This document shows positions 41,811 through 52,735 of a DNA stretch of 64,000 nt, piece by piece (within the stretch, counting starts at the first letter, position 1; each line of letters begins with the position of its first letter). The position numbers were made by a program, and so were the translations under genes. Source of the DNA: Prasinococcaceae sp. CCMP 1430. Lineage: Eukaryota > Plantae > Prasinodermophyta. The notes under the pieces were generated by a model. The model was not told the DNA's origin. It ran no database searches and saw only the letters and a list, made by a program, of their open reading frames with translations. The stretch spans positions 27,312 to 91,311 of the forward strand of contig RQSC01001135.1 in NCBI GenBank assembly GCA_013416795.1. The letters run 5' to 3'.

Positions 41811-42269
41811 ATGGAGGACCGCATCGAGAGCGCCAAGGCGGGCGCGCTCGCGGCGGTGGCTGGGTCTCTCGCCGCTGCCCCCGTCGGAGCTCTGCTGCCG
41901 GTCCCGGGCGTGCTGACGCCGCAGTGGGAGTGGGATAGCGACACGCTCGCGGCATCGCTCGCACTTTTCGGTCTGGTGTACCGCTACGCCACGCGCAGCG
42001 ATGCAGACAACGACATGCTCAAGCAGGGCGCTGTGGGGGCCTTCGCAATCACGCGCGTGCTCGCCTCCGTGCGCGTCGGGGAGCAGTGCACTGCGCTGCC
42101 GCTCGAATGCGGGCCTCCGCTGGGCTACTTCGACTGGGCGATGCTCTCGCAACTCGCGAGCGCGGGGGCGCACGCTGCGGCCGCGTACGGCGGCGCGGCG
42201 CTGGCAATCGAGGCTGCCTTTGACAAGGGGCTCCTCGCGCGCGTGCCAGGCCGCATGGATGGCGAGTAG
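41811..42269 (+). CDS. Conserved photosynthetic-lineage small membrane protein; transit peptide probably upstream
   Basis: RIESAKAG..AA, LFGLVYRYATRSD..NDMLKQGAVGAFAITR; TGTAA at 42301. Confidence 0.6.
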   Translation: MEDRIESAKAGALAAVAGSLAAAPVGALLPVPGVLTPQWEWDSDTLAASLALFGLVYRYATRSDADNDMLKQGAVGAFAITRVLASVRVGEQCTALPLECGPPLGYFDWAMLSQLASAGAHAAAAYGGAALAIEAAFDKGLLARVPGRMDGE

Positions 42270-42300
42270 CTGCTGCGGAGGGCACGGCGGGTAGAGTATT

Positions 42301-42305
42301 TGTAA
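42301..42305 (+). terminator. TGTAA polyadenylation signal (representative; also 15259, 49445, 52680 and 56513 on plus, 1950 and 6208 on minus)
   Basis: TGTAA recurs shortly downstream of stop codons on the coding strand; UGUAA is the established chlorophyte poly(A) signal. Confidence 0.6.
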
Positions 42306-42456
42306 AATTGCGACTTAACCAGGGCTGCGTCCAGCTGCTGGCGCACACCGAAGCGATGCACCGTCGTATCTATTCACCAGATCAAGTATCCATACATCAT
42401 TCACCCATGCTGCTGTCGCCCGGCGCAAGCGGGCCGGCGACGGTCCAAAAATGTGC

Positions 42457-45072
42457 TCACGGTGCGGCCTTGGCGTCGCCCGCCTTGCTGTCCACCCATC
42501 TGCGGAATTTCTCCACGCCGTAGTCCGTCGGCAGCGTGGGCTTTGGTGTGTTCCTCCGGCGCACGAAGACATCCTCGGTGTCAAGGGCGTAGCTGACCTT
42601 GTACGAGGTGCAATTGATCTCGCACTCCAGCCCGTTGCGCACGGTGCATCCCTTGGTCGCCGGCTTGGGCGCCTTGCGAGCGCTGCGGCGCAGGAACACG
42701 TTGCCACTCTCGCCGGCGCCCGAGCCAACGAGTGACGTCAGGTAGGCCTCGAAATCGGGGTCCATCGCACAGGCGGGCGGTTCGACTCGCGAGGCATCCT
42801 CCATCATGTTCAGCGAAAGCGCGCCCGACACCCCGCCGTCGGCGTCGGCCGTGTACTCGAGCTCGTAGCAGGGATCATCCCCGACCAGGACGCACGCGTT
42901 AGCGATGTATGCAGCCTTCGAGTAGCCGTCCGCGCGCGAGCACTCGTACTTGTGCAGGCTCAGCAGCTTCGAGCCCACATCCTCGGACTGCAGCGTCTGC
43001 ACCTGCTTGATGACCTTGTAGAGAAGCTTGTCGATCGTGAAGACGTTGTAGCAGCCGGTGCCGAGCAGCGCGCGGCACTCGTCCTCGAACTTGGAGCTGT
43101 CCAGGCCGCCCTCGATCAGACGCGCGACGAGGCCCTGGAACTGCTCGTACGTGCTGGCCGCGCCCTCGGGCGTGTCGTTGCCCTTCGCCTTGGCGGCCGC
43201 CGCAGCCGCCACCTTGGCGCTGCGGAGGCGGTCGAAAAGCGTCTGGTGCAGCCGGAACAAAATGTATAGGTTGTCGTTGCAGAACATGGTCCTCGACGCC
43301 GACATGCCCGGCGGCTGCGCCACGTCGACGCCCGCCGCAAGGGCCTGCGTTGCCGTTGCGGCCAGCGGTCGGCAGCCAAGAAACTTCGACTCGTCCTCGT
43401 CCTCATCCTCATCCGCGCTGGGGGTGTCGCCATCAGTGGGCGGGCCCTCGGTATCTGCGCCGGTGCCGTTGCCGTCAACGTCCATGTTCTCGTCCTCCGA
43501 GGACCCCTTCTTCTTGGGCACCTTGGGGGCGGTGTCGGCGCCCGCCGCGGTCAGCGCCGCTGCGAGGGTCGCCTCGTCGCCGGCGCCCAGTACGCTCGCG
43601 ACCGAGTCGCGGAAGAACTTCAACACCTTGGCCGCCGCGTCCGGCGACAGCGTCTCACTGCAGCCCAGGCCAAGCATCTTGTGCACATCCGCGTGCACCA
43701 GCGTGTCTTCGAACCTGAGCGTAATGTCGGCCCCCTCAGCACCTTCCGCAGCGCCGGCTCGCCGTTTCTCGCTGGCCTCCTTGATGTCCTGCAGGAGCCC
43801 CTTCGCGCTGAGCTGCTTCTTGTCCATCTGTTTGAAGTAGAAGGAGCGGTGGTCCAGGCTCTTCGAGTAGTTCTTCTCGTACACCTCGCGCCAGACCTTG
43901 TTCATCTCCTGCTGCACGCGATGCCACTCCTCATCCTTCTGCTTCAGGCGCGTGAGCACCACCGGCACCGCCACGCCCGGGTTCTTCCTGAGCAGGTCGA
44001 CGATGTCCGAGCCGTGGTCGCCGTAGATGCGCTCGATGCAGCGGTAATGCACGGGCGAGATGGCAGCGGGTTCGATCTTCATGGACTGCCGCTCCTCGGG
44101 GGGCAGGTCGTTCACCTTCTTGTTGAGGCCCTCCATGACGCGCACGCAGCTGGCGTTGGTCTCGATCATCATGTCGAGCTCGAAGCGGTCGTCCTCGCAG
44201 CGGAAGAGGTTCTCCTCGTACTGGTTCTTGCGCATGTTCTTGAACGAGTTGGCGTCCTCCGTGCCGCTCGAGATGCTCACCCAGTCGTCGTTCAGCATGG
44301 CCTGCTGGTCGGGCGAGCGGCCGCTGCACGCCAGCCGCTGGTAGCCCTTCGGCAGCAGGCGGTACGACGGCCCGCAGCGCTCGCAGTTGCTCAGGTCCAG
44401 GTCCGCCACCGGCCGCATCGACATGGCCTTGTCGCGCTGCGCGGCGGCCTTGGCGGCCTTCTCGTCCGCCTTGGCCTGCGCGGCCTTCTTGGCCAGCTGC
44501 TGCGCGGTGGGCTTGGCCTCGGCGTCGACCTCGACGCCCTCCGGCACCGGCTTGCTGCCCATGGTCTCGCAGCGCCCGAGGAACTCGTTGAAGCCGTGCA
44601 TGAGGTCCGGGTAGCGCCCGAGGATGTCGTACACCAGGCCCTGCAGCTCGCTGCGGTTGATGATCTCCTGGGAGAAGAGGTTGAGGCACTTGAGGAACTC
44701 GGAGTACTGCTCGCGGTTCCGCAGCCGGCTCTTGACCTTGTCGAAGAACTCGAGCTCCTTCTTGATGGCGCTCGACTTCTTGTCGCCGCCCTCGCCGTCG
44801 GCCTCCTTCTTGCCCTTGGCGCCCTTGCGCTGGTTCTTGGCGGGCGGCGCGGCGGCGCGCGCCTTGGGGGCGCGCGCGGCCTTCTTGGCCTCGGCGGCGG
44901 GCGCCTGCGAGTCCGGCAGGAAGTTGGTGAACTCCTCGAGCAGGTCCGGCTGGTTGGCGAAGAGGGTCGACACCTGCGAGTACACCTGCTTGATGCTCTT
45001 CTGCCCCTTGCGGTACAGGTTGAGGATCTCGAGGAACGACTTGTACACGCGCTCGTCCGCGATGAACCGCGT
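42457..45072 (-). CDS. SIN3: Sin3-like corepressor (PAH domains, HID, Sin3a_C); 5' exon(s) missing
   Basis: TRFIADERVYKSFLEILNLY, EFFDKVKSRL..YSEFLKCLNLFSQEII, GPSYRLLPK, LNDDWVS, NQYEENLFRCEDDRFELD, KSLDHRSFYFKQ, FEDECRALLG...FTIDKL. Confidence 0.95.
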   Translation of the reverse strand, partial: TRFIADERVYKSFLEILNLYRKGQKSIKQVYSQVSTLFANQPDLLEEFTNFLPDSQAPAAEAKKAARAPKARAAAPPAKNQRKGAKGKKEADGEGGDKKSSAIKKELEFFDKVKSRLRNREQYSEFLKCLNLFSQEIINRSELQGLVYDILGRYPDLMHGFNEFLGRCETMGSKPVPEGVEVDAEAKPTAQQLAKKAAQAKADEKAAKAAAQRDKAMSMRPVADLDLSNCERCGPSYRLLPKGYQRLACSGRSPDQQAMLNDDWVSISSGTEDANSFKNMRKNQYEENLFRCEDDRFELDMMIETNASCVRVMEGLNKKVNDLPPEERQSMKIEPAAISPVHYRCIERIYGDHGSDIVDLLRKNPGVAVPVVLTRLKQKDEEWHRVQQEMNKVWREVYEKNYSKSLDHRSFYFKQMDKKQLSAKGLLQDIKEASEKRRAGAAEGAEGADITLRFEDTLVHADVHKMLGLGCSETLSPDAAAKVLKFFRDSVASVLGAGDEATLAAALTAAGADTAPKVPKKKGSSEDENMDVDGNGTGADTEGPPTDGDTPSADEDEDEDESKFLGCRPLAATATQALAAGVDVAQPPGMSASRTMFCNDNLYILFRLHQTLFDRLRSAKVAAAAAAKAKGNDTPEGAASTYEQFQGLVARLIEGGLDSSKFEDECRALLGTGCYNVFTIDKLLYKVIKQVQTLQSEDVGSKLLSLHKYECSRADGYSKAAYIANACVLVGDDPCYELEYTADADGGVSGALSLNMMEDASRVEPPACAMDPDFEAYLTSLVGSGAGESGNVFLRRSARKAPKPATKGCTVRNGLECEINCTSYKVSYALDTEDVFVRRRNTPKPTLPTDYGVEKFRRWVDSKAGDAKAAP

Positions 45073-45094
45073 CTGCGAGGGCCGCGCCCGCGTC

Positions 45095-46507
45095 GGCCCC
45101 GCCCGCGCCCCCTTCCGCGCCCTCGGCCGGCTGCAGCCGACCCACGGCCTCGGGCACGCGAAAGGTGGCGCACATCATGTGCTTGTTGGGCGCGACGTCC
45201 CTCACGTCGTGCGCCTCGAAGGGACCGTCGAGGGGCCCGCCGAGGTGGTGCTCGACCATCTGCTGCGCCTGCCGGCGCAGGGACTCCGCCTGCGGCAGGC
45301 CGTCCGCGGCGTCGGGCCGCACGAACATGTAGCAGTGCACCAGCGGCAGCGCGCCGAAGTCCGCGTCGAACGCGCCGCGGAACGCGTCCAAAAACTCCAC
45401 GGCGGACGCGGGCAGGTTCATCACGCAGTGGGCGAAGCGCACGCCCTCGCGCAGCGACAGGCGGCGCACGAAGGCGCGCGCGCACTCTGTTGACACGTGC
45501 ACGCGCGCCTGCACGCGGTTGAGCGCGGCATTGATCCGCAGGTAGCGCGTGCTGTCCGGATTGAGGTCGTTGGCCCACACCGTGCAGCCCTTGAGCGCGG
45601 CCGGCACCGCGAACGGCCCGATGCCGCACATCATGTCGCACACTGCATCGCCCTCGGCGAAGCGCGCCACGAGGCGCGCGTGCTCGCGCTCCAGCCGCGA
45701 GTTCCAGTACACCTTGCCGTAGTCCAGCCGGAAGACGGCGCCGTACTGGCGCACCTCGGTCTCTAGGCACGCGTCGCCCGCGAGCACCTCCAGCTCGGGC
45801 ACGCGAAACTCGTTCTCGAGCTTGGCCGTCTTGTTGACCACCGTCCGGATGCGCGGCGCGTTCTTGTCGAGGAGCACGCGCCCGATGAGCGCGCCGTACG
45901 GCCGCAGCTCGTCGCGCACGTTGAGGTGTGCCACGTGGCCGATTGTCTCGAACGAGGTCTGCACGTCCACGTCCGAGGGGAGGACCCTCCTGAGCACCTG
46001 CTCCGCGCTGAGGTGCGAGTAGTCCATCTGGATGTCGTGCACCACGATGCGCACGCCGTGCTCGTCCATCTCCGCCACCACGTCCGCGGGGAGGCGCGCA
46101 CGCGCTCGCTCGACCACGCGCTCGCGCGCGGCCGCGCCGTCGCTTCCGCCGGCGCCAGGCGCGCCCCCGTGCTGCTGCTGCTCGTGCTGTCGGTGCTGCT
46201 CCCGCTGCTCCTGCTGCTGCCCCCCAACCTCGTCCCTGCCGAGCAGGATGAGCCTGGCGTCGTCGTGCTCGGGGTCCTTCAAGACCTGTCTGACCTTGGG
46301 CAGCGCGAGCGTGTGCTTGCGCAGCGCCTTCACCCAGCGCTGCGTGTCCCTCGCGCTCGCCACCCTCGCGGCCGCGATGGGCACGAGCTCGACGAACGCT
46401 GCCGGGTCGAACGCCGCGACGGCCGCCGCAGCGCGCGCGAGGTACGCCTGCGACATCTCCACGCGGCCGCCCGGGTGGAGGGTGACCCCCTCGCATAGCT
46501 CGGTCAT
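45095..46507 (-). CDS. TRM5: tRNA (guanine37-N1) methyltransferase Trm5; stop codon missing
   Basis: SFETIGHVAHLN, IRTVVNK, VYWNSRL..EH, DMMCGIGPFAVPAA, ANDLNP, VMNLP, VRDVAPNK..MC..F. The frame runs into the Sin3 acceptor region with no stop. Confidence 0.9.
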
Positions 46508-46761
46508 CGCGTCGGCCCTCGGCTGGGTTCGAAGGCGCGGCCCGCAGTGGGCCCTTCCGACGAGCGCGCGCGAGGTGAGGAGGCGAGGGAGGGAGCGACG
46601 GACGCCAGCGCCGCCGCGCCCGGCCGCCCGCCGCACCCCCCTCGCGCCTGCGTAACTCCTCCGCGCGCCCCCCGTCTCCCCTCCCCCGACCCCCACCCCC
46701 TCCGGGCGCGCTCGCTGTGGCAGCGCTCGGCCAGCCCGCCTGGGAAGACTGAGTCCCCCCT

Positions 46762-47408
<647 letters not shown>

Positions 47409-47817
47409 NCGCCGCGCGGATCGAAGCCGGCGGCGGCGCCGGAAACGCGGAGCGGCCGCGCGGACGCGGGGCAAGGGCAGGACGAAAAGCACTCGGAACG
47501 CGCGGAAGAAGCGCAACCAAAGCGACGCACGGAATTCGCGCGCAGCGCACGCACCTCGACGCGCGGCCGCAGGGAACGGGCGCGCGGGCCGAGCGGGGTT
47601 CGCCGGGCAGGGTGGGGCGGGGCAGGGGGGGGGGAGGAAGGGCGAGGTGGGGCGTCCGTCCGAAGACGGTGAGTGGGGTGGGCGGGAGTGGAGGATCCGC
47701 CACCCCCCCACCCCCCTTCGGGGCGCCACACACCGCGCGCGCGCACTCGTGCCGCGCACCACCCCCAAAGGCCAGCGCTCCGCGCCCGCCGCAACCGCCG
47801 CCGCCGCCTCGCACGGC

Positions 47818-49235
47818 ATGGCGTCCGCCATGCTCAGCACGCGGCGCGCCCCGCGGTGCGCCGCGTGGCCGCGCGCGCCGTCGCGGCGAAGCCCTCCGTG
47901 GGCGGCTACGAGCCGCTCATCGACGGGAGCATCCCGCAGGAGTACTGGGCCAACTACAAGTGCCCTGAGGAGGACGTGGCCGAATGGCGCCGCAACCTCG
48001 ACCTCGAGGCGTTCGGCCGCGACTGCCGCGCGATCGAGAGGGAGCTCAAGGATCAGCAGGGCCAGGAGGACCTGGACCACCTGCAGGGCGTGCTCAACTG
48101 GTCCCTCGGCCTGTACTGGGCCGGCGTGGGCCTGGCCGCCTTCTGCGACCCCATGGCGTTGAACCCGCTGGCCGCAGTGCTCATCTCCACGGCCACCATG
48201 GCGCGGTGGACCATGGTCGGCCACCACGTGTGCCACGGCGGTTACTCGCGCGAGCAGACCACGGAGGAGCGCTTCCACCGCCGCTTCTTCGCGCGCGGCC
48301 TCTTCCGCCGCATCTACGACTGGCTCGACTGGATGGCGCCGGAGGCGTGGGACGCCGAGCACAACAAGATCCACCACTACATGCTCGGCGAGACCGCCGA
48401 CCCCGACCTCGTGGAGCGCAACTTCCTGCAGGTGCGCGCGGGCAACTACGGCCCGGGCATCATGAAGTACCTCGCGGTGGGCTTCCTGATGGCCACCTGG
48501 AAGTGGTTCTACTACGCGCCCAACACCCTCAAGGAGCTCTTCGCGTTGGAGAAGGACCGCGCCGAGAAGCGCGGCGAGGAGCGCCACCAGCCGTTCACCA
48601 CCGGCGCCCAGCCCACCACTGTCACCTTCGCGTTCGAGGAGCTCTTCCGGGGGCGCGTGCGCCCCGCCGTCGAGATGGCCAAGTGCATGCTGCCGTACAT
48701 GGTCATGCAGTTCATGGTGATCCCCGCCGCCGTCGGCGGCGTCGCCTCGCTCTTCGTGGGCGCCGCCGCTGGCGCGGCCGTCGGCCAGCTCGTGCTGCTC
48801 AACATGGTGGTCGCCGAGGTGCTCACCAACATCCACTCCTTCGTGATCATCGCCACCAACCACGTGGGCAACGACATCTACCGCTTCGCCACCCCCGTCA
48901 AGGCCAAGACTGGCGAGTTTTACCTGCGCGCCATCATCGGCTCGGCCAACTTCTGCACGGGCGGCAAGGTCAACGCGGACGGCTCGTACAAGCCCGCCGG
49001 CGTTCGCGGCAACGTCCTGGACTACATGCAGGGCTGGCTCAACTACCAGATCGAGCACCACATGTTCGACAGCCTCTCCATGCTCTCGTACCAGAAGGCG
49101 CAGCCCAAGGTCAAGGCGCTCTGCGAGAAGCACGGCGTGCCCTACGTGCAGCAGAACGTCTTCAAGCGCCTGCAAGTGAGCGTGGACGTCATGGTGGGCA
49201 AGACGGACATGATCCAGTGGGAGTCGGGCAAGTAA
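47818..49235 (+). CDS. Membrane fatty acid desaturase with three His boxes and no cytochrome b5 domain; frameshift in the transit peptide region
   Basis: HHVCH, HNKIHH, QIEHH. ATG 47818 (MASAMLSTRRAP) is one base out of frame with the desaturase ORF near 47850. Confidence 0.85.
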
Positions 49236-49675
49236 GGTGCCCTCAGGAGCCGCAAGCAAAGCGAAGCAAAGCATAATAGCGCCCCCCCCCCCTTCCTCTC
49301 GCCGCGCGCCCCCACTCGTGTGGGCGCGCGCCGACGCGGCGGCGGCGCACAAGGCCAACAGGCCTTTACCCTCCACCACCACCCTCCCCCCACCAACCAG
49401 CCAATTCGCTCAACCCACCCCCTGATTTTGTTTACCATGTGTACTGTAATGTCGTGCGGAGACGCGTAGACGAAAGGGGCGTGCACCCACGTGCATGCCT
49501 GCGTTTGATCTGAAATTCGTGTCGTCCACGCCAGCGTGCGCGCGTCGCGAGCCCTTGAGCGCGGGCGTCGCCGCGCGGAGAGCGGTCGGTGTACAAGACA
49601 GATTGATACAAATGTGACATGCAGCAGGCCGGCTGCTGCTGGACCGCCGGCGTTCGGACCGCCCGCTCGGCACGT

Positions 49676-50617
49676 TCAGCCTGAGACCGCGCGACCCCAA
49701 GCGCCCTTGCTAGCGATGCGCATGAGCACGACGCTCCTGCCCGGCTCCTCGATAGACGGCGCGCTCGAGAGCTCCTCGACGCCGCAGCCAGCCGCATCCA
49801 GCGCATGAAGCACGACGGCCTTGTTCGCAAAGCACTGGGACGCCTCACCGGCGCGGTCGCGGAAGGCGAGCAGGCAATGCGAGGCGGCCCCACGCGGGGA
49901 CAGCAGCGATGCGACAGTCGACACGAAGGGCTCGACCAGCTCCCGCAGCCAGAGCGCCTCGGCCGCGACGACCACATCGGCCCGTCGCGGGTCCGCCCCA
50001 GTGTGTGGGTCGGCGTGCACAGGTTTCGTCCAATCGAGCGTGGTCCATGCCGCGGAGCCATCGCCCACGCGCAGCTCGCCTGCCCATCCACCGTTCTCGC
50101 CGCCGCCCCTGTCGCCGCTCTGGCCGTCACCGGCGGCGGCCGTGGCGTTGCATTTCACGTTCGGCGCGATTGACTGCTCGACCACCGCCGTGAGGTCGGT
50201 GAGTAGCACGCGCGCGCCCGCCGCGGCTAGGCAAAGGCCTGCGAAGCCCGTGCCTGACCCCAGCTCGAGCACTCGGGCGCCGCGCAGGACGTACTCGTAC
50301 GCGCGCTCGTCGCGAGCGGCGCCATCAGCGCCCGTGCCGCCGGCTAAATCCCCCCCCCTGCTGCCGCAGTCGTTGGCACCGTCGACCCGCGGCTTGCCAA
50401 GCATGAGGTCGAGCATGAGGTGCGCGCCCTCCCACACCGAGAATCCCGTGGTCGCCGCGATGGTGTAGTCCTCGTCGAACAGGTTGGCGTCCTGGTAGTC
50501 GTCCTCCTCGAGGTCGCGCCGCGCGATGCGCACGGTGTGGGTCTCCCCGCTGTGACGGCCCCTCACCTCGCGGACCACGTCGGCCGCGTAGTTTGCTTGC
50601 GGGTCCAGAAGCGACAT
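49676..50617 (-). CDS. Seven-beta-strand protein lysine methyltransferase (METTL21/family 16-like)
   Basis: TGFSVWEGA, VLELGSGTGFAGL, VLLTD, LDW, VVVAAEALW. Confidence 0.85.
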   Translation of the reverse strand: MSLLDPQANYAADVVREVRGRHSGETHTVRIARRDLEEDDYQDANLFDEDYTIAATTGFSVWEGAHLMLDLMLGKPRVDGANDCGSRGGDLAGGTGADGAARDERAYEYVLRGARVLELGSGTGFAGLCLAAAGARVLLTDLTAVVEQSIAPNVKCNATAAAGDGQSGDRGGGENGGWAGELRVGDGSAAWTTLDWTKPVHADPHTGADPRRADVVVAAEALWLRELVEPFVSTVASLLSPRGAASHCLLAFRDRAGEASQCFANKAVVLHALDAAGCGVEELSSAPSIEEPGRSVVLMRIASKGAWGRAVSG

Positions 50618-51179
50618 GGCCGCGCGCGCCGCGCGCCGCCGCGGCGGGCGACGCGCCTGCGCCCCACGCCGCGAGCAGGGCGGCCCGCGGGGCCGCTGCC
50701 GGCGGCCCGCCTGGCGGCGGACGGCCGCGCTCCGAATGGGTTCGAGATGAAACCGTATCTCGAATGCGCGATCAAATTAGCTCAATATGCACGTGGATTG
50801 CTAATAAACCCTATTCAGACATCACGCATGCAACTCGATATGCGCTTCGGTGCCCGAGGCGCGCGCGTCCCCACGCCGCGTAGGCGCTCGCGCCGGCCGC
50901 GGCTGCCTCTGCGCGCTGCGCCGCGCCACGCCGCGCGGTGCCGCGCGCGCGTCGCCCCGATGAAACCGAAAACGCAATCTGGCGGCGCGCGGGCCGGCAA
51001 GGCGCGCACTGGTCCGTCGGTTCCCCTGCGCCGAAACGCGCGCGCGGCTGCGGCCCTGGAGTGGAGGGGGGCGAGCGCAGTGGAGGGAGGAGGGGAAGGT
51101 GTGGGGAAGCCGAGGCGGCGGCGCGCGCGCGCGCGCGCCACATCGCTGCCCACGCCCGTCCAAGCACGACTCAGGAGCC

Positions 51180-52287
51180 ATGGCTTCCGTCCTCGAGTGG
51201 ATCACGTCCAAGGTCAGCCTCCTCGGGACGCGCCTCACGAAGCACCCGCGCTTCGAGCAAGCTGCCAAGGAGGCCTTCGAACTCAACGACATCACCGGCG
51301 ATGGCATGCTCAACAACCGCGAGCTGCACGGTGAGGGCGCGCGCACCGGGAGGGAGGGATGGAGGGGCAGGGGGCCGACGATCGCGCGCAGCCCGCCGCG
51401 CGCCAGCCCGGGCACCGGCGCGGCCGCGGGCCGTGCGAGCGCGCCCGGTGCGCGTGCGCGCTGGCAACCATGCGCGCGTGCTGGTCTTGGAACGAGCACG
51501 ATCGATGGCGCCCGCGCAGTGAGCTCGCGCTGACCTCCCCGTCCGTGGCGATGCCTCCACGCGCGCAACCCGCGCCCTCCCGCTGCTCGGCGCTCGCAGT
51601 GACGCTCACCCTGTTCGTGCGCACGATCAACTCGAAGCTGCCGGTCGACTTGAAGTTGCCCACCTTGGAGGAGACCACCGCGATGCTCGAGGAGTTCGAC
51701 GCGGACAACAACTCGCATCTCGACTTCGGTGCGTGGATGGTGGAGCCAGCCTGCCTGCACGGATGCGATTGCGCGAGTGCGCGGGTGCGCACCTGCCTGA
51801 CGGACACGACGACCGCGCCAAAGCGGACCGCCGCCAGCGCGCGCGGGCGTGCGCAGTGACAGACGCAGCTGTGTGTGGCAGAGTGTGTGTGATCGCAACG
51901 ACGCGAGCTTGCTGACGTGTGAACAACCAACCCGCCGCCCCCATCCCCACCCACACCCACACCCCCACACTCCACCCACCACCCGCCATGCGCGCGCGCG
52001 CGCCCGCCTCAAAACGCCCTTGCCTGCAACCGCTCGCCCCGCTGCCCTCTCCCGCCGGGCGCCCAATTCCCACAGAGGAGTTCAAGGAGCTCATCAAGGC
52101 CATGCTCAGCAAGCCCAAGTACAGCGTGCCGCTGCAGGTGCTCAAGACCGTCGCCGCGCAGATGCTGCTCATCCCCACCGTGGCGCGCTTCGCCAAGGAG
52201 AACGTGCAGGCGCTCAAGGGGACTCCCGACATCATGGTCGTGCCTGCGATCCAGGCCGCGTGCACGACCATGGGCATCAAGTTCTAA
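51180..52287 (+). CDS. Small two-EF-hand protein
   Basis: Exons 51180-51330, 51600-51728 and 52076-52287 are in phase. Loops DITGDGMLNNRE and DADNNSHLDFEE; TGTAA at 52680. Confidence 0.75.
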
Positions 52288-52735
52288 GCTCTTGGAGCAA
52301 ACTCGTGGCGCCGCCAGGGGAGGTCGTGGGTTCGCACACACCACGTGCCGCAGACGGCGGGGAGGGAGGACCCGCGGCCGTAAGCAGCAGTCCTGCGCAA
52401 TCATCGCATCTCCGCGTCGGTCGCACCGCGCCGTCCGCGCTCGCACGCGTGCCCTAGTGCTTACGCTCTGTTGCGCTGCTGCCGCGCGCATGCACGAGGG
52501 CGAGCACCGCGCGAAGCGCATGGGGCGCTTTCTCTTTCTTATTGTCGCAACCGAGGCCTGCTCCTCGGGATGCCCCAGTCCGCCGGTCGGCGACGACGAG
52601 CGCGCGAGGCGCTTGGTCGCTCACCGCTCGATCTCACTCCATGCCTCCCGTGCTGATGGTCAGCTCTGACTGAACGAAATGTAAACGCCAGCTACGCGCC
52701 TCGGGGCAGCCAGACGCAGCCAGCGCCAGGCAGCC

